Position numbers and translations under genes: made by a program | Shown here: positions 20,315 to 30,118 of the stretch, one piece after another | Position numbering within the stretch: position 1 is the first letter of the stretch | Layout: every line of letters begins with the position of its first letter | Source: a virus | Lineage: Duplodnaviria; Caudoviricetes | Length of the DNA: 64,000 nt | Strand: one strand, 5' to 3' | IMG/VR virus record: IMGVR_UViG_3300035208_008180 | The notes under the pieces: generated by a model | Database searches by the model: none | Seen by the model: only the letters and a program-made list of their open reading frames with translations | Told to the model about the DNA's origin: nothing

Positions 20315-20667
20315 TTTTGTATCCCCACAATTTCAAATGTTGCTAGTAAACAACAAAAATGGGCGAATTGATCGAAGCCAATGATATTGAAAAAAAGCCT
20401 ACAAGGACCATGCTTTCTCCATGCCCAGGATGTCAGACGACTTGAAGAAAAATCCAGTAAAAAATGCAATAGAAAAGTTATGCAAAAATAGAATGCAATC
20501 GATGCGGACCAAAAGAAACTGGCCCAAAATGTCATGCCCACACTATAAATGAAACAATGAACTCCCAAAGGGATGTATAAATGGTGTTTGTTCGTCGCCA
20601 TCCAATTGGATTGTGCTAGGAAATCAAACAAATAATGGCACCACATCATACTAATTAATAACCACAT
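20311..20667 (-). CDS. DUF3307-like membrane protein
   Basis: HYLFDF.AQ, H...H..LD, GFDQFAH. Confidence 0.7.
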   Translation of the reverse strand: MWLLISMMWCHYLFDFLAQSNWMATNKHHLYIPLGVHCFIYSVGMTFWASFFWSASIAFYFCITFLLHFLLDFSSSRLTSWAWRKHGPCRLFFNIIGFDQFAHFCCLLATFEIVGIQK

Positions 20668-21443
20668 TTTTCCGCCTTGAGTAACGCCAATGACTCGGCA
20701 ACAACTACACTGGGCAAATAATGCAAAGACCCAGAATGATATTCAGAGGTAATGAAACTCTTGTCACTTTTATTCCAGCGGACAAGTCGCAACGTGTGAT
20801 CGTTGTTTTTGATGTCACGCAAATCATTGGCCACCACCAAATCACAACCATTGGTTTCAATGCTTCTACAAGCGGCTTGAAACAACTCATTACTGGTGCT
20901 GTTGACCAACAGTTTGAATCCTACCAGTTTACAGCCTGGATGCCATCGCTTGATTTTACTAATCAGTTTCTCGGCAGGAGCAAGCTGAATGGATAAAGCA
21001 TCGCTTGACCGTACTTTGCCTTCTGTGGGATTGGATACCAAGTAATCACTAACAGCCGCTGCCAGAACCACAATGTCGGGCTTTTGGTCCCTGATAATCA
21101 TTTCCAATTTCAGGGAATATTCATCATAGTTGCGATAATACACTTGATGGCAGCGATGACGAACTTTTTGACACCAAAAATAAAAGTCCCAAAACCTATT
21201 GATTGATCTTTGATCGTCAGGATGCATATGAAACTGTTCTGCATCCGAGGTAAAATCCACATCTATTTTGAATGGACGACAACCATCCTGGGAGCCTAAA
21301 TACCACACTTCGATATCGTGATCGGTTCTATCGAGAAATGCCCGACAAATTTTTGCCCCAAAAGTCCCTTTGGACATATTGGTAATATCCCGTACAGCAT
21401 CAATGGGAACCTTGGTTCCACCACTAGTGACAAGTATTTTCAT
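20655..21443 (-). CDS. coaB: Phosphopantothenate-cysteine ligase
   Basis: ILVTSGGT.VPIDAVR.ITNMSKGTFG, LAAAVSDY, LVGFKL, VVAND. Confidence 0.85.
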   Translation of the reverse strand: MKILVTSGGTKVPIDAVRDITNMSKGTFGAKICRAFLDRTDHDIEVWYLGSQDGCRPFKIDVDFTSDAEQFHMHPDDQRSINRFWDFYFWCQKVRHRCHQVYYRNYDEYSLKLEMIIRDQKPDIVVLAAAVSDYLVSNPTEGKVRSSDALSIQLAPAEKLISKIKRWHPGCKLVGFKLLVNSTSNELFQAACRSIETNGCDLVVANDLRDIKNNDHTLRLVRWNKSDKSFITSEYHSGSLHYLPSVVVAESLALLKAEKCGY

Positions 21444-22236
21444 CGCAAGCCCTTTCCAGGTTTACATGCAACTCTGCCAATCTGAACAATAACTTGTTCA
21501 TTTCATCTGCCAAATCTTCTCGCCGCCACTTTTCTATCAAATCTTTACCACGCTGTGCCAATGCCTTTTCTCTTTCTAATTCTTTCTCTAGCTCATTGAT
21601 TTTCAATTGAGAATATTCAGCACCACCGCCAGCTATAGCGATGAAAGGCACAATTACAGCCATCATATACCAACCAACATAAACAGCAAATAAACTAAAG
21701 AGAGCAGAAGTCACACAACTGCCAATAAAAGAAATTTTCGTGGCTTTTTCCAGCGGTAGCCAACGAGCTAAGCTCGATCTTATGACTCTACCACCATCAA
21801 GCGGAAACACAGGAACGAAAAGATTAAAAGCGGCCCACATCAAATTGAGCTTTCCTAAACCAAAATCAGAATCATCAAAATATAGTAAAATTAGACCCAG
21901 CACCAACGAAATAAAAGGCCCAGTAATGGCAATTAACAATTCTTGATTTGGGTTTTTGCCCCAATCGCCGTCGATATAAGCGGCGGCACCAAATGGATAC
22001 CACACAATTTTGGTGGTGCGGAAGCCAAAATGCTGTGCCACTAGGGAGTGTCCGAGTTCGTGAGCGGTAATACAAATGAACACAAGGAGCAACATACACA
22101 AGACGGCAAATGATTCAAGAAAACTCCCGCAAAAAAGAGGAATAAGCAGCATTGGCCCGAAAAAGCACCACCAAAAAATGCTGGTTTTAATTGGGATGTT
22201 ACATAATTTTGCCAAATATAGATTTTTCAATTTCAT
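21424..22236 (-). CDS. Site-2 (M50) intramembrane zinc protease
   Basis: HELGH, GP, FNL..PVFPLDGGR; multiple transmembrane segments. Confidence 0.88.
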   Translation of the reverse strand: MKLKNLYLAKLCNIPIKTSIFWWCFFGPMLLIPLFCGSFLESFAVLCMLLLVFICITAHELGHSLVAQHFGFRTTKIVWYPFGAAAYIDGDWGKNPNQELLIAITGPFISLVLGLILLYFDDSDFGLGKLNLMWAAFNLFVPVFPLDGGRVIRSSLARWLPLEKATKISFIGSCVTSALFSLFAVYVGWYMMAVIVPFIAIAGGGAEYSQLKINELEKELEREKALAQRGKDLIEKWRREDLADEMNKLLFRLAELHVNLERACDENTCH

Positions 22237-22508
22237 GTTTTGAAAGTTCCTTTAGGCACATCAGAAGCTTTGCGATGATCCCTGTGTACCCGATGGTGTT
22301 CTACTAAATCACTATCTTCGCAAGAAGTTCCCACTCCGGTTACAAGCCAACCATCCTCCCAATCCCCGGCCCCATCCCTGATTTTCAGAATCATGCCTTT
22401 GATAGCAAATTTTGAGGGAATCCAAGCAATTTGATGCCGGGAGGAAGTTTCATCTATTTTCTTTTCTAACGAACATTGATTATACATTGTTTTATGATAA
22501 AAAAACAC
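22233..22508 (-). CDS. Hypothetical protein
   Basis: ORF coupled to the protease gene. Confidence 0.55.
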   Translation of the reverse strand: MFFYHKTMYNQCSLEKKIDETSSRHQIAWIPSKFAIKGMILKIRDGAGDWEDGWLVTGVGTSCEDSDLVEHHRVHRDHRKASDVPKGTFKT

Positions 22509-22551
22509 CCTCCACGAAGCATGGCAACGTGGAGGGTTGGTGAGCCAAATA

Positions 22552-22842
22552 CTAAGCTGCCAAGAGTTTCAGTTGCCGTTTCTTGGGAGTAATGTGGGAT
22601 TGAGCATAGTTTTCAGCCTGTGCTGTCAAACCGGAACGCCAATCCATTACTTTGATGCCGTTTCGTTGCAAACATGAGGAAATACACCTTGTGTCATTTG
22701 GTGTAACCCTTTTCAAAGGCTTGTCGAATACAAGCGAAGCAATGAATCGGTGTGCAAATCCCCCGAATCGACCTAGTTGACAAACCTTCCAAATTTGGAG
22801 CTTGTCGAGACGATTCTTGCGTCTGGCTTTCTTTTTCTCCAC
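22552..22842 (-). CDS. Hypothetical basic protein
   Basis: 96-aa ORF, GTG start. Confidence 0.55.
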   Translation of the reverse strand: MEKKKARRKNRLDKLQIWKVCQLGRFGGFAHRFIASLVFDKPLKRVTPNDTRCISSCLQRNGIKVMDWRSGLTAQAENYAQSHITPKKRQLKLLAA

Positions 22843-22852
22843 AGGAGTCTCC

Positions 22853-23170
22853 TTAGAGTAGGGTTGCGATTACTGCACGTAATTTTTGAATTTCCCGTCG
22901 TGCCAATTCCAACTCCACAGATTCAGAAATGGTCGATTCGGGCTTGGAAATCTTGCGACATGAACGCTTGACCTTCCTTTTGGATTTCTTGACACCAGGA
23001 ACTAGACCCTGTTCCGTCATGCGGCTTTTAGTGTCATAGAAATTAGCGGCATTGATTTCAACACCACTTTTCGCCAATGCAGCCACTGCTTGCTTGGCGT
23101 TAAAATCCGGGTGTTTTGTAAGAACAGCCCGAATCGCCTCAGCCTTAGTAGGCTCGTTCTTCTTTGGCAT
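22853..23170 (-). CDS. Putative small DNA-binding protein
   Basis: TKAEAIRAVL...helix-turn-helix-like, basic. Confidence 0.55.
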   Translation of the reverse strand: MPKKNEPTKAEAIRAVLTKHPDFNAKQAVAALAKSGVEINAANFYDTKSRMTEQGLVPGVKKSKRKVKRSCRKISKPESTISESVELELARREIQKLRAVIATLL

Positions 23171-23191
23171 ATATGCCCTTTCAAAAAAGAG

Positions 23192-23416
23192 TTACATCTT
23201 CACACAGTTGTCGTTCAAAAAGTTTACCAGCCATTCTTCAACAGCGATTTGTCTTGCGGTCGAATAAACATGTCCTTCTGTCACAAGAACTTGTGTCCTT
23301 TGAAGAATTAATTGTCGATCTTCAAAACTTTCTTGCCCCTCATCCGTCAAAGCCTCTACATGTGAGAGGAAATCATTTCTCAACAGCCTTTCTATTCGTT
23401 GAGCTATTTGTCGCAT
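23192..23416 (-). CDS. Hypothetical protein
   Basis: 74-aa ORF in operon. Confidence 0.5.
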   Translation of the reverse strand: MRQIAQRIERLLRNDFLSHVEALTDEGQESFEDRQLILQRTQVLVTEGHVYSTARQIAVEEWLVNFLNDNCVKM

Positions 23417-23696
23417 CTTCGCACTCCTTTTGGCGGTAGATTTCTACGTCATCGGGTCCATTGTAAATGATTGTATACTTCATTCCGTGAATAGTTATGG
23501 GAATTGCTTCCCCACTCTTCGGACTATCTATAACAGATCGAGACACAGGAGCAACAGGCATATGTGTAATGGATGGCTCTTTTGATTTTCCATTGATGAC
23601 AGCAAAAATGACCGGCACCAACAACGCAAGCAAAATGCCAGCAATAGTAATTACTACCAACAATTCAACTAACGTAAATGCTTTTCTACTCTTCAT
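23373..23696 (-). CDS. Prepilin-type N-terminal cleavage/methylation domain protein
   Basis: MKSRKA|FTLVELLVVITIAGILLALLVP; start reassigned to ATG 23696. Confidence 0.8.
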   Translation of the reverse strand: MKSRKAFTLVELLVVITIAGILLALLVPVIFAVINGKSKEPSITHMPVAPVSRSVIDSPKSGEAIPITIHGMKYTIIYNGPDDVEIYRQKECEDATNSSTNRKAVEK

Positions 23697-24213
23697 TGGT
23701 AAACTCGTAGGTTCGGTTCCATACTGAGCCTTTGACGATCCAAACGTCATCGGGGTTATCTCGGTTACGCACAATGTAATCGCCACTGTGCCCTGTTTGA
23801 CGGAATGAGCCATCAGCTTGGCGGTCGCCCCACAATGCCTTGATGTAGAATTCGCCCGTCTCATTCAACTCAATATAACAGGCGTCTCGAATAGCCTCAG
23901 GCTTGGGCTCAAAGGTCGTCCACCCCTCTTCGTCAACATGGGTCGGAACATAAGACTTGTGGAGAGTGGCATTATCTTGCTGCCACACATCATTACAGGG
24001 TCCAAGGCAGACCATAGAATTAGCCTTGAGCATCTGAGTGCCTTCCAGAGTATCCAAGAGAAACTTGGTGATTACCCTGGGATCAGTGAGCAATGCCCTC
24101 ATGGGCTTTGCCTGCAACGATTTGGTTTTCTTAGCCGTTTTGAAAGACAGACTGGATGGGTCTATTGTTTCACCCACATCTGCCGAATAGGCAGCAGCTT
24201 CAAGCTCAAGCAT
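23686..24213 (-). CDS. Hypothetical protein with duplicated PGDYG-like motif
   Basis: GDYIV...DVWIV...RTY repeat pattern. Confidence 0.65.
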   Translation of the reverse strand: MLELEAAAYSADVGETIDPSSLSFKTAKKTKSLQAKPMRALLTDPRVITKFLLDTLEGTQMLKANSMVCLGPCNDVWQQDNATLHKSYVPTHVDEEGWTTFEPKPEAIRDACYIELNETGEFYIKALWGDRQADGSFRQTGHSGDYIVRNRDNPDDVWIVKGSVWNRTYEFTNEE

Positions 24214-24249
24214 GATTTTTCTCCGTAAAAGGCTTCTTTAACCACCCCC

Positions 24250-24277
24250 ATTATACTTCAGAAAACGGGGTTGTAAA
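24250..24277 (-). promoter_or_regulatory. Phage early-type sigma70 promoter
   Basis: TTTACA-N16-TATAAT with CTGAAG before the -10; motif recurs at 49311, 55045 and 57155. Confidence 0.65.
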
Positions 24278-24321
24278 CTACCCATAGCGGAAAAATTGCC
24301 GTATGAAAGGGGGGTGTGATC

Positions 24322-24816
24322 CTATGGAAACGGAATGACTTCATGCCGATCATGCCTATACCAGTATTGCCCCAAAGCTTCTTCAAAACCTCCACAGACT
24401 CGCCATTTTTCATTAGCCCACGTTAATGATACGCTATCAACTGGCGGTTTTTTTCTGGCCTTGTCGGCAAATGGCAAAAGATACTTGGGCAGTTTTTTAT
24501 TTCTTCTGGCAAGTACGTCGTTTACATAACCAGGAAGCCTGCCTTCAAAGTCACGCACAAAATCAGTTTCTCCTGGTCTTGGTTCATATACGCTGTATAT
24601 TCCAATGATTTTGTTATATCGCTTTACCAAATATATTTTCGCCCCATCTTTGGGATCGATTCCCTCCACAGAAATAGTGAAGCCATACTTTTGTTCCAAG
24701 TATTTAGAAAAATTTTCTGCACCGGGCAATTCTATTTTATTGGTCTTTGGACCAATCGCACCAGATGCTTTCCATATTTTTTTAAATCTGTTGTCGTTTG
24801 CTTTGCTTGTGTTCAT
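24322..24816 (-). CDS. Hypothetical protein
   Basis: 164-aa ORF. Confidence 0.65.
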   Translation of the reverse strand: MNTSKANDNRFKKIWKASGAIGPKTNKIELPGAENFSKYLEQKYGFTISVEGIDPKDGAKIYLVKRYNKIIGIYSVYEPRPGETDFVRDFEGRLPGYVNDVLARRNKKLPKYLLPFADKARKKPPVDSVSLTWANEKWRVCGGFEEALGQYWYRHDRHEVIPFP

Positions 24817-25012
24817 TGAGCTTCCTACATACGTTGATAAGCGTATTTAAAGAGGCAGAGCGGTGATACCCTCCGCAGTATTTACACTTGTAAACTGTCT
24901 GATTTTTGCAAATAGCCGCTTCTTCAGTGGTGTATCTTTTTTTGCGGCCACAAGCCCGAAGACGACGATTATTTTGTTTGGCTATTTCTGCAAAATGAGC
25001 ATATTTATTCAT
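24782..25012 (-). CDS. Small basic Zn-ribbon protein
   Basis: C..KKRY...YKCKYCGGYH. Confidence 0.6.
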   Translation of the reverse strand: MNKYAHFAEIAKQNNRRLRACGRKKRYTTEEAAICKNQTVYKCKYCGGYHRSASLNTLINVCRKLNEHKQSKRQQI

Positions 25013-25917
25013 AAATCTACCATTACATCTACTCGTTGGCCGGGAAGTAAATTACAATTTTTTAAAGAGAGCCAAAATTCTCTGGTCTTTGTATCTGTTT
25101 TTTCAGAGGGCATATCAGAAAATAATACCTTTCTTCCTAAAAAAGGTGCTGCCTGAGTTACAATTGCTTTTATTGGTTGGAAATTATCAAATGTAATTTT
25201 AGCAGATTGTCCTACTTTTATTAAAGAGGCATCAAGTTCATCAACATAAGCCCTGACTCGTAATTCTGAAATATCTGCCATTATAATTAATGGCATTTGA
25301 GAGGTGGCAATTTCTCCAATTCTGGCATCTATTTTTAGAATTTTGCCATCTATTGGTGCTTCTATTTTTGTGTGGTCTAATTTTATTTGTGCCAATTGTA
25401 TTTGGGATTTTGATATTTCTATTTGTGACTTGGCAACATCAATCTCTGCCCTCAAAGAATCGTAGGAACATTTTAATATGTCCATACCCTCTTCAGACAA
25501 TACTTTCTTCTTGTTTAATATAATCCCTCTTTCCAAATTCAACTTTGCCAACTTTAGTTGTGCCTCTTTAGCCTGTAACAATCCTTTGTTTGCTAATTCC
25601 TGAACTATAGCCAACTCTTTCTCGAAAAAATATTGTCTGGCATCTATTTCTAGTAAAACATCTCCTTTTTTTACTAATTGATTTTCCCGAACAGGAATGC
25701 TTTTTATCTGCCCGGAGATTAGGACACACAAATATGTGTTCTCCGTTTTTCCTTCGATTCTGCCTGAAGCAAAAACACATTGTTTTTGTGGTAGCGGCGG
25801 TCTCACAATAGCAGGGCTGCTATTGTGATCTATTAAAAATGCTATACCTAATATGACGCCAATACATAAAACAAAAAAAGCAATTATTTTACCACGCATG
25901 GTCAATAATTCATCCAA
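25009..25917 (-). CDS. HlyD-family membrane fusion/periplasmic adaptor protein
   Basis: N-terminal TM, V.ENQLVKKGDVLL lipoyl half, coiled coil, IEAPIDG, VDELD...IKVGQ. Confidence 0.85.
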   Translation of the reverse strand: MDELLTMRGKIIAFFVLCIGVILGIAFLIDHNSSPAIVRPPLPQKQCVFASGRIEGKTENTYLCVLISGQIKSIPVRENQLVKKGDVLLEIDARQYFFEKELAIVQELANKGLLQAKEAQLKLAKLNLERGIILNKKKVLSEEGMDILKCSYDSLRAEIDVAKSQIEISKSQIQLAQIKLDHTKIEAPIDGKILKIDARIGEIATSQMPLIIMADISELRVRAYVDELDASLIKVGQSAKITFDNFQPIKAIVTQAAPFLGRKVLFSDMPSEKTDTKTREFWLSLKNCNLLPGQRVDVMVDL

Positions 25918-26693
25918 AGATTTTCAGTTACTACTGTTTTTTTACGAGTAGCAGCACCCTTTAGTTCCGCACCCCTGCCAATTGACAATTTTTTGTAGCC
26001 TTTTAGCTCTTTGGCATAAAGGTCCGTTTCATAACCACTAAGAGCCCATCTGAAAGACACACTCTTTAACATCAATAATAACACAGAATGATCGATTTGT
26101 CCATAATACTCATCCGATGTTTCGTGATAGGGCGGATCAAGATAAACAAAATCTTTGGGACCATAGGTAGTCCAGGGAAGATTTTGCCAATGAAGAGAGG
26201 TAATTTTCACGCCCTGAGCAGACAGCAATTCCTTTGCCATTGCAGCACGGGGAATATATTTGTCTCTAGTAAAAGGTGGATGTGACCCCATTTTGCCTTC
26301 TGGAGCTTCATACCCCAAATTAGCACCAGCCGACCAACCTTTTCCACCCCATGTAATTTCAGGCTCCAAAACAACACCAAGAGGGTTTTCTTTCTCTGCT
26401 TGTTTTTGCCAATGCTGAAAACTTTTTTTAGACGTAATAGATTTAGGGAGTTTTTCCAAGTCAGCGGCTAAAAGAGAGTTGAAAAAGTTTCCCCGCAAGT
26501 CATTGATATGCCATTCTTGGAAATCTAATTCCTGCTTGGCTTTGAAAAACACATTACCCCGCCCAGCAAAAGGCTCTACATAAATTCTTCCTTCTTTAGG
26601 GAAATGGGCAAGCAACCAATTGCGTAATCGACTTTTGCCCCCTACTGTGCGAAATGACGGTGTTTTCATTCCCATCCATTGTTTAAAATCCAT
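25902..26693 (-). CDS. DNA adenine methyltransferase (Dam/D12 class)
   Basis: GGKSRL, YVEPFAGRG, IND, YLDPPY. Confidence 0.88.
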   Translation of the reverse strand: MDFKQWMGMKTPSFRTVGGKSRLRNWLLAHFPKEGRIYVEPFAGRGNVFFKAKQELDFQEWHINDLRGNFFNSLLAADLEKLPKSITSKKSFQHWQKQAEKENPLGVVLEPEITWGGKGWSAGANLGYEAPEGKMGSHPPFTRDKYIPRAAMAKELLSAQGVKITSLHWQNLPWTTYGPKDFVYLDPPYHETSDEYYGQIDHSVLLLMLKSVSFRWALSGYETDLYAKELKGYKKLSIGRGAELKGAATRKKTVVTENLWMNY

Positions 26694-26708
26694 ATTTTAT
26701 ATAGTAAA

Positions 26709-27692
26709 TTATCGCAATTTACTGGATCGGAAACTCTCCTTTGCTATATCATGGTTATAGATTATTGTTATTTGGGGGTTTTGTGGCGTATATCGGGAAT
26801 GATACTGACACCAAGCCCCATGATAGGCATTGGGAATAAACCCCCACCCAGAGGATGATGAGTAAATAGCAATTGGATGTGTGAATACTACCTGATAACC
26901 GCCACCATTACGAGTGTATACTTTTTCATTTGGAAACATTTCGTGAACGGCAGCATAACAATATGACCAGAACTCATTGTGAGATTGGCAGCAATATACT
27001 GTGCAATCACAAGAATGAGATCGATGTTTCTGAACGTAGTTTTTCCACCACTCTGCCCAAACGTCTCTTTGCTGAACCACCGCCTTTATAGGCTTTGGCT
27101 TGATAGGCTGAAGTTTTGGCAACTCCACACGGGGAGTTTCCTTGGCTCGCTGTTTTATTTCGCCATCAATTTTTTTGTGCCATTTTTCAATATCCTTGAC
27201 AGCAATCTCGGCAGCCTCTTGCTGGCTCAACGATCTGGCAATGCCTTCTTCGGGCAAAGTAGGTGCGTCGATAAACTTCTTTACCTCATCCTCTCTCGCC
27301 TTGCGATGTGCTTCAAAAACATCTTGATTTACCACATGTCGCAAATATTCTGCCTCTTTCTTGGCCTTCTTAATACAAACATCTACTTGATGTAACTCGC
27401 TGGCCAAGTATCTGGCTACTTCGTCTTTGCCAAGGTCTTCAATGGATTTAAAACCTTTGGCTTCAAAAGTACGTATGAGTGTTTCTCGATCAATTTCCAA
27501 TTTTTTAATCAATTGGACCACATCCTCCAACTTTTGATTGGAAGATTTTTCCACCGGAGCAACACATTTGGTTGCAGGGGGCGGATCATGCGTCGTCTGC
27601 ATTTTCTGGCAAGGAAGTCTCCAATCCTGGTCGCAACCCACCGCAAATACACAAAGCACAATCAAGCAAAAACGTTTCATGGTTTTCTCCAA
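26709..27692 (-). CDS. Putative lipoprotein
   Basis: MKR + hydrophobic stretch + AVGC lipobox. Confidence 0.6.
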   Translation of the reverse strand: MEKTMKRFCLIVLCVFAVGCDQDWRLPCQKMQTTHDPPPATKCVAPVEKSSNQKLEDVVQLIKKLEIDRETLIRTFEAKGFKSIEDLGKDEVARYLASELHQVDVCIKKAKKEAEYLRHVVNQDVFEAHRKAREDEVKKFIDAPTLPEEGIARSLSQQEAAEIAVKDIEKWHKKIDGEIKQRAKETPRVELPKLQPIKPKPIKAVVQQRDVWAEWWKNYVQKHRSHSCDCTVYCCQSHNEFWSYCYAAVHEMFPNEKVYTRNGGGYQVVFTHPIAIYSSSSGWGFIPNAYHGAWCQYHSRYTPQNPQITIIYNHDIAKESFRSSKLR

Positions 27693-27819
27693 AAAAATAT
27701 CCGCAACTCTGGGGTAGAGCAGCGGAACCTATTTCACCCAATATTCAATGTAATACATTCCGCCCAATTGTCAATAGTTGCTCGGAAAACACTTCCGCAA
27801 CATATTGACACAAAAGGAC

Positions 27820-28344
27820 TTACTTCCAAACCCCCCTGTGGTTTTTCTGAGCTTCTTTTTGAGCAGCGGCAAAATCTTTTCGATTTACCGTGGTTTTTGC
27901 CAATCCTGCTCGCAATTGTTCTATGCAGCAATTGTTACCGTTTTCAGCATAGACAATACCAGCATACCTTCCCCAGCTTTCAAGGACTTCGACTCGCACA
28001 TCATCATTGGGAGAAACAATTTTAGAAAGATTTTCTTGAGCCTGTTTGCCAACTGTAGGAGGTATTTCGAGACCATAGAGATACAAATCACTTTCTCTAC
28101 GGCCAAACAATCCAGCCCTCACAGTTAGATGATTGCCTCCCTCTACACTCACAACTGCTTCTGTGCCAATAAGTGTTTCTTCTTTGTGTCTGCTAAAAAT
28201 GCGATTAGAACAAGCGGCCCACCCCAAGATGAAGCAGAAAATGTATGGAAAGGATTTTCTGGCATAAGGATAAACGAATTTTACAAATGACCAGCACCAG
28301 CCAGCGATTGTAAGAACTAGATTGACAATAGATACCCAACCCAT
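27820..28344 (-). CDS. Membrane-anchored thermonuclease (SNase)-like protein
   Basis: V.GGNHL, LYGLEIP, QLRAGLA, AQKEAQKNHRGVW. Confidence 0.7.
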   Translation of the reverse strand: MGWVSIVNLVLTIAGWCWSFVKFVYPYARKSFPYIFCFILGWAACSNRIFSRHKEETLIGTEAVVSVEGGNHLTVRAGLFGRRESDLYLYGLEIPPTVGKQAQENLSKIVSPNDDVRVEVLESWGRYAGIVYAENGNNCCIEQLRAGLAKTTVNRKDFAAAQKEAQKNHRGVWK

Positions 28345-28356
28345 AATTCACCTCAT

Positions 28357-28387
28357 AAAAAAAAAGCCATCCCAAGGAATGGCTTTG
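28357..28387 (-). terminator. Intrinsic terminator
   Basis: AAAGCCATTCCTTGGGATGGCTTTTTTTTT on the minus strand. Confidence 0.7.
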
Positions 28388-28537
28388 TATTTTCAAAAAA
28401 TAAGGGCCAGTGTTTAATTCCCTTGTTCGACACAGTGCTTTTCCCTCCTGGCCCTTGCCCATTGCTAAATAGCAAATCTGGGCTCTTTATTAGTTCGGGA
28501 TTGCATACCATGTCAGGTTATACACTATATATGCGGC

Positions 28538-28756
28538 TCAGCCCCCTTTCGCTTGCCAATAAAAAGCAATCAGCGTACAAACACCAGTTGCAACAGCTAT
28601 AACAGGCAACAGAAGGACAGCACAACCCGATAATACTGTTAGGGTTACAATAAAATCCTTGTCCTGCTTTTGTTTTTGTTTAAAATACCACCAAAGATAG
28701 GTAGTAACCAAACAAATAACCAATGATACGATTCCTACGCCTTGGAGCATCGTCAT
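28538..28756 (-). CDS. Small two-TM membrane protein
   Basis: Two hydrophobic segments. Confidence 0.6.
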   Translation of the reverse strand: MTMLQGVGIVSLVICLVTTYLWWYFKQKQKQDKDFIVTLTVLSGCAVLLLPVIAVATGVCTLIAFYWQAKGG

Positions 28757-29388
28757 TTAGCACCCCCTTCTTCTGTTTCCTTAGTTTTCTTTTTTGCCCA
28801 AATACCTCTGTGTGCTTTTTGGGCTTCTTTTTGGGCTGCTAAGAGTGCGTTATTATCTTTCTCCACAGAGACTTTGGCCAATCCAGCTTTCAATTGTTCC
28901 AAACAACAATTCTCGCCACTCTTAGAATATGGCAATCCTGAAATATCTCCAAATTTATCCTCTACCCACCCTTCAGCACCTTCTTTAATTTCCACACGAA
29001 TTTCATCATCAGCAGAAATTAATTGTTCCAAATTAACTTTTGCTTCTTTTTCCACCTCTGCCGGTATGGATATTCCCCAAAGCGTACAATTTTTGGTTCG
29101 CCGTGAACGATCACGTATTCCAGCTTTTAACTTGATAACATTACCACTATCTACAGTGACAACAACCTCAGTTTTTGTCACTGTTTTTCCAAAAAACTTA
29201 TCAATAGTGTTCCTGATTTTATGGCAACCCCACATCCCAAAAAGCAAACTGGCCAGGGAGATTAGAATTGGTGCCAACACCAACAGGGATATAAATTGTT
29301 TTTGAGCCCTTCTTCGCTTATAATCCCAAACTGCCCAACCAACTAGAAAGGCAATAAACAAAAGAACTAAAACGTCATAAATACTCAT
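28753..29388 (-). CDS. Membrane-anchored thermonuclease (SNase)-like protein, paralog of 27820..28344
   Basis: VDSGNVI, LWGISIP, QLKAGLA, AQKEAQKAHRGIW. Confidence 0.7.
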   Translation of the reverse strand: MSIYDVLVLLFIAFLVGWAVWDYKRRRAQKQFISLLVLAPILISLASLLFGMWGCHKIRNTIDKFFGKTVTKTEVVVTVDSGNVIKLKAGIRDRSRRTKNCTLWGISIPAEVEKEAKVNLEQLISADDEIRVEIKEGAEGWVEDKFGDISGLPYSKSGENCCLEQLKAGLAKVSVEKDNNALLAAQKEAQKAHRGIWAKKKTKETEEGGAK

Positions 29389-29735
29389 TACCAGCCTCCT
29401 TCCGACCTTATTTGTGATTTCAAAATCACTGTTTCTGGGCTACAGCGATCTGTTAAATTTCGACCATACAAACTGAACAACAAAGCGGCGGCGTCTTCGC
29501 CAAAATCACGAAAATCATTGAACATAATGGTGTAAAATTCAGTTTCAAAAGTGTTTTTAGCATCCAATAACTTGGTGTTCTTTTGAATTTCTTTCACCAT
29601 TTCGTCTCTGCCATCCCACTCAAACAGCGATTTTACAGCCTCATCTGGCAGATATTCCTTATCGGATAATATCTGCCAGATGATCGTAAAACTTGCTGAG
29701 CTTGAATTAGACACAAAGCCTGTTCTAATTTTCAT
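29388..29735 (-). CDS. FVSNSS-family protein 1
   Basis: MKIRTGFVSNSSSASF N-terminus. Confidence 0.8.
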   Translation of the reverse strand: MKIRTGFVSNSSSASFTIIWQILSDKEYLPDEAVKSLFEWDGRDEMVKEIQKNTKLLDAKNTFETEFYTIMFNDFRDFGEDAAALLFSLYGRNLTDRCSPETVILKSQIRSEGGW

Positions 29736-30109
29736 TAATAATCTTCTTCCTGATAGTATGTATCCTTTTGTTTGCGAACTTTACTGATATACTCCCCGAT
29801 TAGCTCGCCAGCAAAATATGTGATATCTTCAGCGAATTCAAGCTTTTCAGATGCATCAAATGCTGCCTGTAAAGCTTTTGCTTTAAACATATCAGCTATC
29901 CACTCATCGCCACCCTCGCCAGAAATGTAATTGAGTACAATGGCATCTTGTCCCAATACTTTTCTTTTTTTCAAGCCACTATAGCCTGACATTGCCTTGG
30001 CTTTTAATTCGCCAAGTTTTTCAAGTGCCGCTGCGTGGCTAGTTGGGGTAGTAATAACCAAAAAACTTGTCGTACTGCTGTTGGACACAAATCCTGTTCT
30101 AAATTTCAT
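29735..30109 (-). CDS. FVSNSS-family protein 2
   Basis: MKFRTGFVSNSSTTSF. Confidence 0.8.
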   Translation of the reverse strand: MKFRTGFVSNSSTTSFLVITTPTSHAAALEKLGELKAKAMSGYSGLKKRKVLGQDAIVLNYISGEGGDEWIADMFKAKALQAAFDASEKLEFAEDITYFAGELIGEYISKVRKQKDTYYQEEDY

Positions 30110-30118
30110 GATATTCTC

